DNA from: Octopus bimaculoides
Lineage: Eukaryota
Assembly: GCF_001194135.2 (NCBI RefSeq)
Contig: NC_068983.1
Span: 145,607,760-145,671,759, forward strand
Direction of reading: 5' to 3'
Length of the DNA: 64,000 nucleotides
The notes below the pieces were generated by a model. It searched no databases, had not been told where the DNA came from, and saw nothing but the letters and a program-made list of their open reading frames with translations. Position 1 is the first letter of the stretch. Each line of letters starts with the position of its first letter. Made by a program: the position numbers and the translations under genes. Positions 50,031 to 62,767 of this stretch are shown here, one piece after another.

Positions 50031-51225
50031 CATACATGGATACATGACCCCCCCCCCTCTTGAAAAAAAGGGGGGGTCATCTCATTTTAACAATAATCTC
50101 CATTGCCTTTAAAAATATACCATCACGATATGAGTGTGACTTGGAATAAAGATCTCAAAACTGCTCTGCTTTACCTTTAGTAGCTGAATCCATCAATTTT
50201 CTTTGATCATTATTTTAGTGATTTGCAGCACTCTCTCTCTCTCTCCCCCCTCTCTCTTTCTCTCTCTCTCTCTCTCCCTCTCTCTCTCTCAAATAGGCTT
50301 AAATAGTAATAAATAATTTTCATAATGTTGAGATTGCACATGGTTTTTTGTTTTCCAATTCTTCTTTATTAATAATCCATTATATACCTATTCATCACCA
50401 TTTTTTTTTCTTTTACTCTCTTTCCTCTACTGTTCTCTGCTATTACTCTGGTTCTCTTCTAGCGCTCTTGCATTACTGTCTTCTGTCTGCTGGGGATGAG
50501 AAAACCCATTCCTGATTGTGAATGAATGAACAGATGGAAACAACACAGAATAGAAAGAAGTCTTCTGTCTTGCTAATGACAACATCTCTATCTTTTATGC
50601 CAGAATAAAATGCATCCACTATATGATGGTTGATGAATGGGCATAGATAACATAGGTAAGAGGACTCTTTAGTCTTAATGAGGATATGGCAACCTTCATA
50701 GTGCTGGTGCCATAATAAAGTACACCCAGTACAATCTATAAAGCAGTTCGTGTTAGAACCATAAAACATCAAAATTGGGATATACAAACGAGACATGGTC
50801 TCTAGTTCTTTAAGAAGGCAGTAACTCTATAAAAACTGATTTGGCCCATGACAACTCAGCCAATCCATGCCAGCATGGAAAAGCAAATACAAAAATGATG
50901 ATGATGATATTGTAAAATTTATTAATAGATGTAGTATGTAATGGAAACTAAATTTTGGATTATTTTCGATAGGAAAGAAATAGTTATTGTTCTCATTAGT
51001 GCTGTTTTTGTCTTCAATATTATGATTGTCTTATTCCTCCAAGATTCAATTTTTTCTTTCTTTTTTAATATCCTCAACAGAAATCAATCATTGCTGTTTT
51101 AATCATTCTAACTAGCACACTGTTCTCAGCAGTCACTTACTTTCATTATAGAGGGTACATCTCTCACAGGATGACCTACAAATCCCCGATTATCTCTATT
51201 GTATTGAGTAATTTAGATTTTATAG

Positions 51226-51329
51226 ATGGAAGATCAAAGCATACTCGATATGGCAAATATCTCCATGTAGAATTGCAGCTGTTTGTATATTGGAAACCTC
51301 TGTCTTTTGGGACAGACACCACTTATGAT
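51226..51329 (+). CDS. Candidate coding exon (xGRSKHTRYGKYLHVELQLFVYWKPLSFGTDTTYD)
   Basis: Acceptor atttagattttatag|, donor GAT|gtaact; phase 1 start matches the end phase of 47291-47451. Confidence 0.3.
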
Positions 51330-51370
51330 GTAACTTTATAAGTATTTGTTTTGCTTTAGCTCATTCAGAG

Positions 51371-51822
51371 CAGAGGCTCTCAACGTGGGCAGTACCATGC
51401 ACAAGGGGGCGCTGGGCATGTTGAAGGAGGCAGCAGGTTTTAGGGAGTGGTGAGGTGGGAAGGCCATGAGGTAACATTATTAACATACTAAATTTTACCT
51501 GTAGTAATAATTATATTATGATAAAGCTAGTAATGGTTGTTGAAATAAAATGAGATCTCATCAGGCACAGGAAAAACATTATTTTGCAATGTATAATGTA
51601 AATTTACAACTTTTGTCTTTATTAATATTTTTTTATCATTTCACTGTTAAAAGCTTATACAATCCATTTTTAGAGTATGATTTATAAATCATCGTCTATG
51701 TTAAGTTAGTTTAGTTGTGATATCTTATTCCCCACTTAGGCTGGGTGCTAGGCATAACAACTACTTAAAAAGGGGGATGGCTGCAGTAAAAAGAAAAAAG
51801 AAAAACAAGTTAAGAACCACTG
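51371..51822. mobile_element. hAT-Charlie-type MITE
   Basis: TIR cagaggctctcaac…gttaagaaccactg; TSD attcagag/atctagag (6/8), right copy fits the Charlie NTCTAGAN preference. Confidence 0.75.
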
Positions 51823-52329
51823 ATCTAGAGAAATAGTTACAATACACAACAAAAGCAAGATATTTACTAATCTCATATGTTTACAGAGTGAGGGGTGACA
51901 GTTATTACAGTGGCTGCCTGAGTCACTGCAGTTAACAAGAGTACATAATGCAGTGTATTTTCTTACCTGGTTCCAGACTTAATGAAATGTGGAATGCCCC
52001 TGAGTGAATCTCATAATCCATTGGATTATTTTGGCACCAGTTGTATCTTAAGAATGGCAGCTTGACAGAACCTGTTTCTCTATAAAAATATTTCGTTGGA
52101 GAATTTGAATTGAGCTGCTGCTGGTTATTTCCACTGGTGAGTTGTATAAACTCATGGTACCTATTTGCATTTAAGTTGATTGAACTAGTGAGTGTTAAAT
52201 GTTATTGGCCTTAGACAAAAACAATAGTAGTGATATGGTGATGAATTGTTGATCATTTGAACAGTGAGGCAGATGAAATGATGTTAAAATAACCATTTTA
52301 TTTACCTAGTTTTGGCATGCCAGCATGGG

Positions 52330-52670
52330 CTCAGCAGGTCTCCTTGAGTACAGCATTTTGACAAGACTTGTCATCTCCTTCATGAGTTCAGCATCCTGGG
52401 ATCAGCTTTTACCACTTGACTCACAACTTCCTCAGGTTTCCTCCCCATGGATCACTTGACTCTTCTTCATCCAACTTCATATACATCACATGTCTGTACC
52501 AGTGCAGTCTTCTCTCTCACTCTAGCAGATCCCTTTAATGCACATTTTTCTCCTTGCTCACCTACACTCTAGCATTCTTTCACTGCCACATCTTACCAAC
52601 ATGCAATATTGCATTTTCTATGCAAATGTTATACAAATAGCCCTTCACTTGAAGAGAGAAGCCTAAAGAA
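52330..52670 (-). mobile_element. Degenerate RTE ORF end
   Basis: Reverse complement resembles …GICWRVRERRLHWYRHVM…and AVLKETC. Confidence 0.6.
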
Positions 52671-53562
52671 TATATTTTTCTGTTTGTTGACAGAAATCTT
52701 TTGAATAAACCAGTGGGAATCTTATTGATTTATTCATTCTAAAAGGCCACAGATTATTAAATCATAGTCTCTCTCTATTCTGAAAGAGTATTTTGCACTA
52801 AAAAGAATAGATTTTCTCTTGTCTAAAAGATGAAATTTATAGATTGTATATTGTGAAAGATTTAACTGTTATATTTCCATTTTAAAGGAGCGGAAATAGT
52901 TAGATTCAGAAAATTTCTGAAAAAATAATTGGGCAGAACATTTTTTAAAAAAGTTATTGTTTTTAAAAATATATTTATTATGATTTAAAATTGTCATTAG
53001 ATTTCTAATGGAATGAAAAATGTTTAAAAATTCAATTAATTTTTTCCCATATTACAGTCACTACGTGTGTGTGCACGTGTGTGTGTGTGTGTGCACATGT
53101 GTGTGTGTGTGTGTGCACGTGTGCGCGTGCACACAAAGTTAATGAGCAAATTCTGTGCCTTCCATAATGTATCTAAGATGAGTTGAATGTCTGGAATGCA
53201 AATAAACAGTTGTATGCTTAATTCTTTTGTAAAAGTGGTGCTGGCTCCATAGTGCAAAGTCTCACATCTTTTCTTTAATAGAAAGAGATGTTTGGCTAAT
53301 TTCTGTCAAAGAGCTTACTAGCATTCTTTATTTTCTGTTTTATGTCTGTTTTCCCTGTCTAGCTTGGGTAAGGTGAATACTTATTATTGAAGCATTATTT
53401 TACAGCCAGAGTCTCCTCATATCACTAATCATACCTCTTTGTTTATGAAAACATAGAGCTACTGGACAATTTGTTGGCATGGATATCAACATAACATCAC
53501 TACTTTTGCTCAAAACATTTTATGTGGGGACATGTGCACGCACATAAACATCCATATAAAAC

Positions 53563-53603
<41 letters not shown>

Positions 53604-53612
53604 TTATATATA

Positions 53613-53950
53613 GGCGCAGGCATAGCTGTGTGGTAAGAATCTTGCTTCCCAACCACATGGTTCTGGGTTCAATCCCACTGCATGGCAGCTTGGGCAAGCG
53701 ACTTCTACTATAGCCTTGGGCTGAGCAAAGCCTTGTGAGTGAATTTAGTTGACGGAAACTGAAAGAAGCTCCCCCTACCATTGTTGACAACCAATGTTGT
53801 TGTGTTTACCTCCCTGTAAGCTAGTGGTTCAGCAAAAAGAGAACAATAGAGTAAGTGCTAAGCTTACAAAAAATAAGTCCTGGGGTTAATTTTTTTGACT
53901 AAAAGCTATGCTCCAGCATGGCCATATTCAGATGACTGAAACAAGTGAAA
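53613..53950 (+). mobile_element. SINE family A
   Basis: ggcgcaggcatagctgtgtggtaagaatcttgcttcccaaccacatggttctgggttcaatcccactgc…. Confidence 0.85.
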
Positions 53951-53952
53951 GT

Positions 53953-53954
<2 letters not shown>

Positions 53955-54030
<76 letters not shown>
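53955..54030. repeat. (CA)n microsatellite
   Basis: Direct reading. Confidence 0.95.
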
Positions 54031-54034
<4 letters not shown>

Positions 54035-55156
54035 TCTGTCAACTAATTCCACTCACAAAGCATTAGTTACTGAAATCACTACAGTAGATGACATTTGCCT
54101 GATGGGGTCACACAGTGAACTAGAGCTCAAAACCATGTGGTTATGAAGTGTATGGCATATCCATGCACCTGTGCCTGTACTTTCTTACTTTTGAAATATC
54201 TTCATTCCTAAATCTAAGCCATTGCATATTGTGTTGTATGTGTGAGCATGCACACACGTGCACACTTAAACTATTTTAAATATATATAAGCATCTGTCTG
54301 CTATGTAGAGAAGTAAGAAATAGAACAGAACCATAACTAGTGTTATTCAACATCCATGCAGTTGCAAGGTGATTCCAAATAGATTTTCTCTTCACTGGAA
54401 AAGGAAATTGCACATTACAATCACCATATTTGCAAAGATAATATGTATAGGGATTTTAATTCTTGTGAAAGCTTGTTGAACGAAGAAGTTTAATATGGCA
54501 GTGCAATAATCATAAATGGTAATGAAATCCAAAGACCACCTGAAGTCCAGTAATTCAACAATACTACATCTAGAGCATTTAACATGGGAATGTCTGCTAT
54601 ATAGACAATTTATTACTGAAAGTGAGTGAAATGAATTATTGGATACAAAACCATACTGCATAGTTTATTAATTCATACACAAACACACACAGACACATGT
54701 AAAAATTTTATTGGTTGAAGAAAGGGAAGAAAGAGCTTACCCATGTTCCTGCAGCATTAAATTTTCATTTTATAAAGTTTATGAACTGTTATTTGCTGAT
54801 GTAGACCATCACTAGTTTCTTTGGATTCTAGTTTATATTATTTACTCCCCGCCTCTCTCTTTCTCTCCAAACTGTCCAACCCATAGCAGCGTAAAAAACA
54901 GACATTAAATGATAGTGGTATGTATAGTTCAATTGAAGCTGACTTCTTTCGAATTTTGTTCTCAGATTATAATTACAGGTGTAGAGTTTTATATTCTTTT
55001 ATGTAAAACTTGGCACAGCAATTGTTTCAATTGACAATGCCGTATCAAGTGCCTGAATAAGAACTGCTTGTGTCCAGTTTTAAAGAAACTTAGCCACACA
55101 CACATAATGTATATATGTATGTTTGCATGGTCAGAGTGATTCTTTTGGCCTTTTAG

Positions 55157-55250
55157 AGATTTTTGCATGTGTTTATCAAAGTGCACATAATCAAGAAACT
55201 CAGAATCATGGTAGATTGAATAATCAAGCTTTGAGTCAAAATGTTTGTTG
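55157..55250 (+). CDS. Candidate coding exon (xIFACVYQSAHNQETQNHGRLNNQALSQNVC)
   Basis: Strong acceptor attcttttggccttttag|, strong donor TG|gtaagt, one of three frames open. Confidence 0.3.
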
Positions 55251-55669
55251 GTAAGTCATTGCTCTTCACTAAAAAAATTTGTGCATTATCTTTATCTAAC
55301 TTATATAATGAGCTGTGGTATGCATTAACATGCAACTGCATGCATGTACACACATAAATGCACACTCGCACATGTGCATACACACACAAAATAGTGCAGC
55401 AAATGATTGAGTAGAATAGGTTGGTCATGTCACTGCTAAGTCCACATGAATATGATTATTTTAAACAAACATACGTTAATGATATTGTGTGAAGACAAAC
55501 CTGACTTCCACCTGTGCAAAACATATTTACACAGCTGGCTGTAATCCTAATGCCCATCAGATGCTGCATGCATTGTTAGTCAATCAAGGATGGCAATTTG
55601 AAAGAACTGATAAATTTGTTTGTTAGGGGCATAGGTTGTGGGACTTTGTTAGACTGTATTAGCAGTGGT

Positions 55670-56200
55670 TGTGATTCATTTCGTGTCTGCTTTTCATGCT
55701 GACATGAGTCAAACAATTTGACCAGAGCTGGTAAGCCGGAGAGCTGCACCAGGTTCCAGTCTGATTTAGCGGGATTTCTATGGCTGGATGCCCTTCCTAA
55801 TGTTTTTTACTATGTACTATGACATAAAAAAACATTTGTCATGCTTCTGTGAACAGGTCATCGACATAATTTATTGATTCAGTGCAGATATGTCAATAAC
55901 TGTCTGGGCTATAGAGGTTCTTAAATCGCTAAAATGATTCCTCCATGATGTAATTGTTTTATACACACATGCGTGCGCACACACTCACACACACTCAATT
56001 GTAGCTGTGTATATTTTAGAAACAGAAAAAGCTGTGTTGCCAGTGCTAATGTTTAAGCCATCATCATCGTTTAGCATCAGTTTTCTATGCTGGCATGGGT
56101 TGGATGGCTTGACAGGAGCTGGTCAGACTCCAATTATCTGTTGTGGCATGGTTTTTATAACCAGATGCCTTTCCTAATGCCAATCACTTTACTGAATGTG
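55670..56200 (-). mobile_element. Two RTE 3' tail fragments (55670-55810, 56060-56200)
   Basis: Reverse complement of the common tail. Confidence 0.7.
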
Positions 56201-56219
56201 CTGGTAAAGTTTTAGATTC

Positions 56220-57520
56220 AGTCTTCATGCCAGGAAGTTTCGCAAGTGTCATCTGTCACAACTTCAGGTTGACCAAGCTCTATGTGTGAAATCATATTGT
56301 CGAACAATGAAATAGGTACAGAGACAATGAGAGTTTGTAGAGACTGGATATGAAGAATGTTTGAAGTGTCTGTTTTGATCATAGAGGGGAATAGGTGAGG
56401 ATGGTGTTGCAGAGAGTTCTGAATGGCCAAAAGCAAAGGCTTGGCTTCAGCACCAGCAGTAATGATGTAGAAATTGCACTAGAGCCAAGATGACTTTTTT
56501 TAGAATGGCAGATCTCAAAGTAGATAATGCTACAGATAATAGCATGTAAAAATTGGGTTGAAAACATCCCATTGGATAGAAAAAGTCAATGGTTGAATGC
56601 CTGTCATATTTACAGTAGATGCATGTTCATGTCCCATGGGCATCCCTTGATGTTGGCTTTGTAAGTAGTTTCCTGTGGAGAACGCTTCCTCATGTGCTGC
56701 CCACTTTATATCCAATTTTACTATGTATGCATTTGGCAAAACTTCACCAAACCATTTCTGTGCCACCAGTCTCATTATTGCATATACCAAGTGCAGAAAC
56801 ATCAGGTGTCACTTTAAATCAATGAGGCCACCAGCCTTGATGGTATCCTTTCCCTTACTGTCAAACTGTATGATCTTGAGTTAATCTCTGACTGTGCCAA
56901 AGTCTTCAGTCTTTCTTATGGAACATCATTCCCAATTTTTGGAAATATACTACTGTGTGTTTCCCCTAGAAGAGTATTCCCTCTGGCCCTACCAACTTAC
57001 TGATTTCACTTCCATTGCCTCAAGCTTAAAAGAAGTAGTTACCCCTCCCTCTCTTTATTGATCACCACTATGACTACTACTGTTAAGCATTATCTTTTGG
57101 TGTTGCTTTCCTCTGTCATCTACTTGTAGTCCTATAATCCTGAAGAATTTGACAAAAGCCATGATTTTTGCACTTGATATCAATAAAGTATTTGACTGTT
57201 TAGCATGAAAATCTCCTAGATGAGCTGCTCACTTATGGGCTTTTATCTGTTTCTTATCATGGTAGATAGCACTATTGCAGTGTGCTCCAACTCCCCCCAC
57301 CACTCTCTGACTTCACTATTAACTGTTGTTCCCTAAGGTTTAGTTATATCTCCCACACTCATCCTCTTGTACATTAACAACTTGTTTGCTGTCACACTGC
57401 TCACTCCTATAGGGATTATATCACTCCTCACTCTCCTTTAGTGTTCTACACATAAGGCATAATCTCCATCACATACAACCTAGACACCATACAGCTTCTA
57501 TGAATAGATATCTCTTAAAT
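56220..57520. mobile_element. Highly degenerate L2/CR1-group LINE: minus-oriented endonuclease-like part (56220-56560) and plus-oriented linker/RT part (56600-57520)
   Basis: RT motifs ALDINKVFDCL-HENLLDELLTYG (about 57170-57240) and VP*GLVISPTLILLYINNL (about 57325-57385); endonuclease assignment is weaker. Confidence 0.6.
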
Positions 57521-59104
57521 ATTTTTCAGCAGCTCAAAGACATATACAGAGCTTACTAAAACTGTTTCACATCATCAGATCCAGTAGAAAAGCCTAAAAG
57601 GGGAAATCTTATGTTTCAATTTTTTTTTATAAGATAATTTGCTTATCTGGAAATAAGAAACTTAACATAATCATGATAAAAAATTGTAGAAATTCAAAAA
57701 TTATCTTATAAAAAAAATTGAAACATAAGATATCTGCCTCATTTGCTTTGCTAATAAAACCTTTAAGTATTCTTATCCCTGTCTACTGGAAAGGCTTCCT
57801 GTTTATATAAAAAATTCATTGTTGTCATTAAATCTGTCAGATATAATTTTGACCCAATGCAGTTCCCTTGAGGAAGAGATACTTTAGATTACGTTCAATA
57901 AAGTTGTGGTCATATTTTCAAATATTAGTTACTCACTTTAATTGTTATGTCAGTGCAGATGTAGAGTTGAATTTAATCAATAACATTGAATGAAAGCTTC
58001 TGGAGAGCATTGAACATTCTGGTGTACTTCTGCTGACCTATTCAGTTACATCTTGAAGTAGCAGGCAGTTATACTGTCATTAAGCAGCAATGTATAGATT
58101 TGATTATGAAGTATTTAGGTGCAAATATGATTCTTGATGTATGTATTCAGATGTTCTCTAGTACATGCTTTTTTTTTTCATTAATTCCTTACTCTACTGA
58201 CAAATAAGCAGTTGTGAATCACAGTAGATTACTGGTGTATCTATGTAGTCTCTAAATAATTTTCTGCATTGATTTTTCAATATATAAAGTTGCAGTAGCA
58301 CTGATTTTAAAACAAAATGATTATTACTAAAGAATATAGAAATAGTTAAAATGTGTTTATGTTGCTCATAGATTTCCTTGACAAATATTGTTTTGTGTGT
58401 TATTAAATTACTCATAACAATATTATATTTTATGTTCTATAAAATACAAATCATGTTCCGTAAAATTAATTAACCTTTATTTAAAACATCACAGTTCCAA
58501 AGGTGTAACTGAGGTTGATAATTAAACTGACTTCATTTCACAAAAAACTGAAATGCTCCATGCTTCAAAGGTAAACTGCACCACAGTTTTATTTTCTTCA
58601 CATATCTTTATCTGGAAAACGCATGGATATCACATCATTTCATTTGCTCTCCATTAAAAGCATAAGGTTCTCAAATCTAGTCAAAAGGAAAATTTAAAAT
58701 CTAGTGTTAGAATTGGCAGAGATCCAACCAGTTATAATTATGTAATGACTTTCTGTGGCAGCAACTGTCTTTCATTTTCAACCCGTCTAATTAAATAACA
58801 AAAAAAAAAAAAAAAAAAAAAAAAGAAAAAGACACCTTCACTACATGTATCTCTCCAGCAACCACATTTTCATTCGTGTTTTTATTTTTTTTCATTTTGT
58901 CATGGATAAACCTGTAAATATGGATTCTCATGGGGGATTATCTCATACAGTAATCAAGATTAATATCGCAGATGCTGATCTTCCTTGTTAGGAACAGAAT
59001 TTGCTTCAACCCTTTAAATAGCTGCTTGTGCTTTTTTTATGTACAAATATACTTTATATCAAAGTAAAAACTTACTGTATACATAACATTTTGGTCTATA
59101 CCTA

Positions 59105-59137
<33 letters not shown>

Positions 59138-59139
59138 CA

Positions 59140-59330
59140 CTGTTCTTTATTTGTGGGAAAACTTTCCATCACCTTCATGATGAACTCTGCATTTCTGAGC
59201 TTAACCCTATGGAATCTCTTCATATTGAAGTCTTTTCTTCTACTTACCATTCTACTAGTGTGTTCTCAGACACTGTCAAAAGACTGCCCAATTCTTCTCC
59301 GGAAGTGTATATATTCCTAAAACTCCCTTC
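59140..59330 (+). mobile_element. Possible C-terminal remnant of the same LINE group
   Basis: Frameshifted LWN-LHIEVFSSTY…VFSDTVKRL resembles LWNSLP..VFP..Y...FK..V. Confidence 0.4.
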
Positions 59331-59529
59331 CTATTCATATTTTTGCTCCATCAACTAACTTGTAACAATTCAGGTTGAGTACTATCGGCATTAATCTAAC
59401 TCGGTTATTATTTGTCATCACCTCCTTGCTAACTAACAGATACTGTATGTAGGTGTGTGTCTTTTTTCATTATACTGATTTCTATCATAGCCACAAGGCC
59501 ATAGATCTGAGATGTTAGTAGTTGATTAA

Positions 59530-59751
59530 CTCGTTTTTGATACCAACTTACATGAAACCACTCCTGCTGGGTCTATGATATAAGCTTCATGTTTTCAAGT
59601 GATCTAAATTAAAACCTTCCATCAAACTTTAATGTTAATTCATAATTTAAACATCCGCTTAATATTGATGAAATTATCTTATTAAATTCTTTTAATTATT
59701 TTTTAATTAATTAAAGCAAAGTATTTCAATAAAAATAGTGTAACGAAAGGG
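59530..59751 (+). mobile_element. TTAA-type MITE family H
   Basis: ttaa|ctcgtttttgataccaac…gtaacgaaaggg|ttaa. Confidence 0.7.
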
Positions 59752-60719
59752 TTAAGACAACCCAGTACTTGTGTTCTTGAGACTGAGACTTATTTTATTG
59801 ATTTCCAGAGGGATGACTGGCTAAGTTGAGATTAGTGGGGTTTGGATCTTTGAATGTACACTATCTGATTACTTCAGATTAGGGCAGAAGTAAATGATCT
59901 GTAGTGGGGTAGGGTTTTTCTGTTTGTTTTTCATAAAATTTAACAATCTATGCAACACTCCAATCTAGTGAAGGATCTCTCTCTCTCTCTCTCTCTCTCC
60001 CTCCCTCCCCATGGAATTCATCTCATAGAAATCAGCCTTCCTTGCTTTGTGTTTAGTTATTTGACTTTTAAATGTTTAATTTCCTGCCTATTTATTCTAA
60101 TCCTGTTTGATTGTTTAGCTTGGTTTACTAAGTGAAGGTGTTAGAAAATGTTATCTATTTTATTAATTTAATCCATTTCAATAATAAAAAGAAAGAAGTG
60201 AAATTTATAATTTTGCAGATAAAGGAGAGAAGCGCAATTTTTGATAAGATATTCAAATTATTACAATGATGTCTGGTCTGAAGAGATTTCATCTTGATGA
60301 GTGTCATGATAAATTGAAGATATTGGTATATTCTCAATTTTTGTTTGCTTTGTTATTTTGGCTCTTGTCGTTTCAAAGCAAAGAATTGTATTTGGTGACT
60401 TGCAGAATTAGTGAAGCAATAGTCAGAACATTTTGTGGTATTTAGTTATATCTCTTCATGATTGAAGTTCAAACTCTTCCTAAGTTGACTTCACTTTTTA
60501 ACCTTCTGAATTAATAAGTTATTGGTCAAGTACTGGGATTGATAAGAAGACTGTATTCTTAAGGGCCCAGTGTGGCTATAGTCAAATGAGTGAGACTAAT
60601 GAAAGAAAGTCACTTGATGTGATACATTTGAATATATGATAAGTATAAAGGTATTATTAGTTCTGTGTATTCTCTGAAACAGCTCTCTGCAGTAAGAGCT
60701 TGTAGGATTCCTGAGACAC

Positions 60720-61282
60720 TTGTGAAAGGAAAATAAATGTTTGTTGGGCCTCACAAGTGACTGAGACCTTTGCCATGGTTGAGAAGACCCTTCAAGCCAA
60801 GACCGCTGCCAGTGTCCTGTAACTGGCACTTGTGCTGGTGGTACAGAAAAAGCATCCTTTGAATGTTGAGCAATATGCTGTGCTAGAGAAGACCCATCAA
60901 GCCGAGTGAAATCGTAGTTGTGGGCGATGCCAGTGTCATGTCCCTGGCACCCATGGTGGCAACACATAACAAGCGCCCATCAAACTTTGGGCCTCATGGA
61001 GGCAGTAACAAGTGACTGAGACTTTTGGCAATACACCGCACTTGAGAAGACTTGTCAAGCCAAGTGAGATCGCAGTCATGGCCGATGCTGGTGTTTCGTA
61101 ACTGGCACCCATGTCAGTTGCATGTAAAAAGCACCCACTACACTCTTGGCGTGGTTGGTTTTAGGAAGGGCATCCAGCTGTAAAATCTTTTTGGAATCTG
61201 GTGCAGCTTCCCAGCTTACTAGTTTTCAGTCAAATCATTCAACCCATGCCAGCATGGAAAATAGACATTAAATGATGATGAT
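60720..61282 (+). mobile_element. RTE 3' end with a triplicated ORF-terminal cassette and tail
   Basis: Three copies of …tgagaagacc…caagcc(a/g)ag at about 60780, 60890 and 61045, then the common tail. Confidence 0.7.
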
Positions 61283-61640
61283 ATTGAGTAAAACTACCCA
61301 GAGCTAAAGGAAAGGAATTTATATGTTTGGAACTGTTGTTACATAACATAGTGGCAGGGATTTTTCAGTATGAGCCACACTTTATAGTGGGACTGAAGTC
61401 CTAAAAATGCTGCAGAACATTTGCTCTAGAGCCAAACTCATATCATCCAAAGCAGGAGCAAAACACAAGCACATATATTCATGGATACGCATACAAGCAT
61501 TCTCAAAGATATGGACACATACACTCACACACCCTCCTACACACATAATCCCCTTCTCTCTCATTTTACCTTACATTTTAGAGAATCAAATGTAGAATCT
61601 TTTTTAGACATCCTTAGGAAAATCAAAACTGTTTCATTAA

Positions 61641-61860
61641 CCCTTTAGCATTTAAACCAGCCATATCCAGCCTAAACATTCCTCCTGTTTTATGTTCAAA
61701 CTGGCTTGATCTAACCTCTCACACCTATCCTACAATGTTGTTCTAAAAATAGACAATAACATCACCAAAATCTCATAGCTATCAAACAATACATAATTAA
61801 CTCAGAACAATATGAATAAATAAGCATTATATTTGGCAGAGTAATTTGAATTCTAAAGGG
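61641..61860 (-). mobile_element. piggyBac-like MITE family G (220 bp)
   Basis: ttaa|ccctttagcattt…aattctaaaggg|tcaa. Confidence 0.85.
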
Positions 61861-62767
61861 TCAAACATTTTTTGAATGCTATGATTTTCCACAGTAGATG
61901 CTTTTAGAAGAAAAAAAGAGTTACATTTTGATACTCCTCAAACTTTTTATACTACACTAGCAGGACCTGTGAATATTTCACAGAATTAATGGTAAACTTA
62001 TTGAGTTGTTTCTGAAAACTTTATCCAAAAAGCTTAGTTAAAAAAAAAAAAAATAATAAATACACATTTCACTTACCGCCACCTCTCCAGGGACTGAAAC
62101 AAGTAAAAGAATTAAGAAACAAAAGAGAAAACATCCACTAAACTGATGTTTGAGTAGACAGCCAACCAACCATAGAATCAATGGTTCATAGTGGGGCACA
62201 GTATTTCAACTCAGTTTAGCTTTTAAGTATATATAAGAAAATGATGACAGTTCATTGTTGTAACAACAACTCTGTGTGTGGCATTATTGGCTTGGGGTGC
62301 TGAGTTCATTTCCTCCAGTTGGAAAGATCATCTGTGATAGACCTAAGCTCAATCTGTATTTGTATCTCTGTTGCTTAACAACACATGGATATGCACCAGC
62401 TATATGAATCTTTGGGACTCAGAAAAAAGATTAGTTAGCTGACTAACGATTGAAACGTAACATGATTAGTCCAACATGTTATGCAATACTCTTCATTCAT
62501 CCTTTCGATGGCATGTTCTTTACTGCTCTTTTCGAAGTATATCTTCATTTTTCTACTCTGATAATTTATATATAAAGGTTTATAACAGTATATTTCCATA
62601 AAACAGAACTTTATAATTCTGTTATAACAAGTTCCCAGTATTACCATGTATGTCAAATCTATAGTGAATCTGTATGTCAAATCTATAGTGAATCTATATT
62701 GATATGTCTCTGATATATTTTATCCATTCAACCATTACTTTGTTTTATTAATTTTCCATGTGCATAA

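Noticed and set aside
62647-62694. 24-bp perfect tandem duplication
   Set aside because: Ordinary slippage duplication with no further structure
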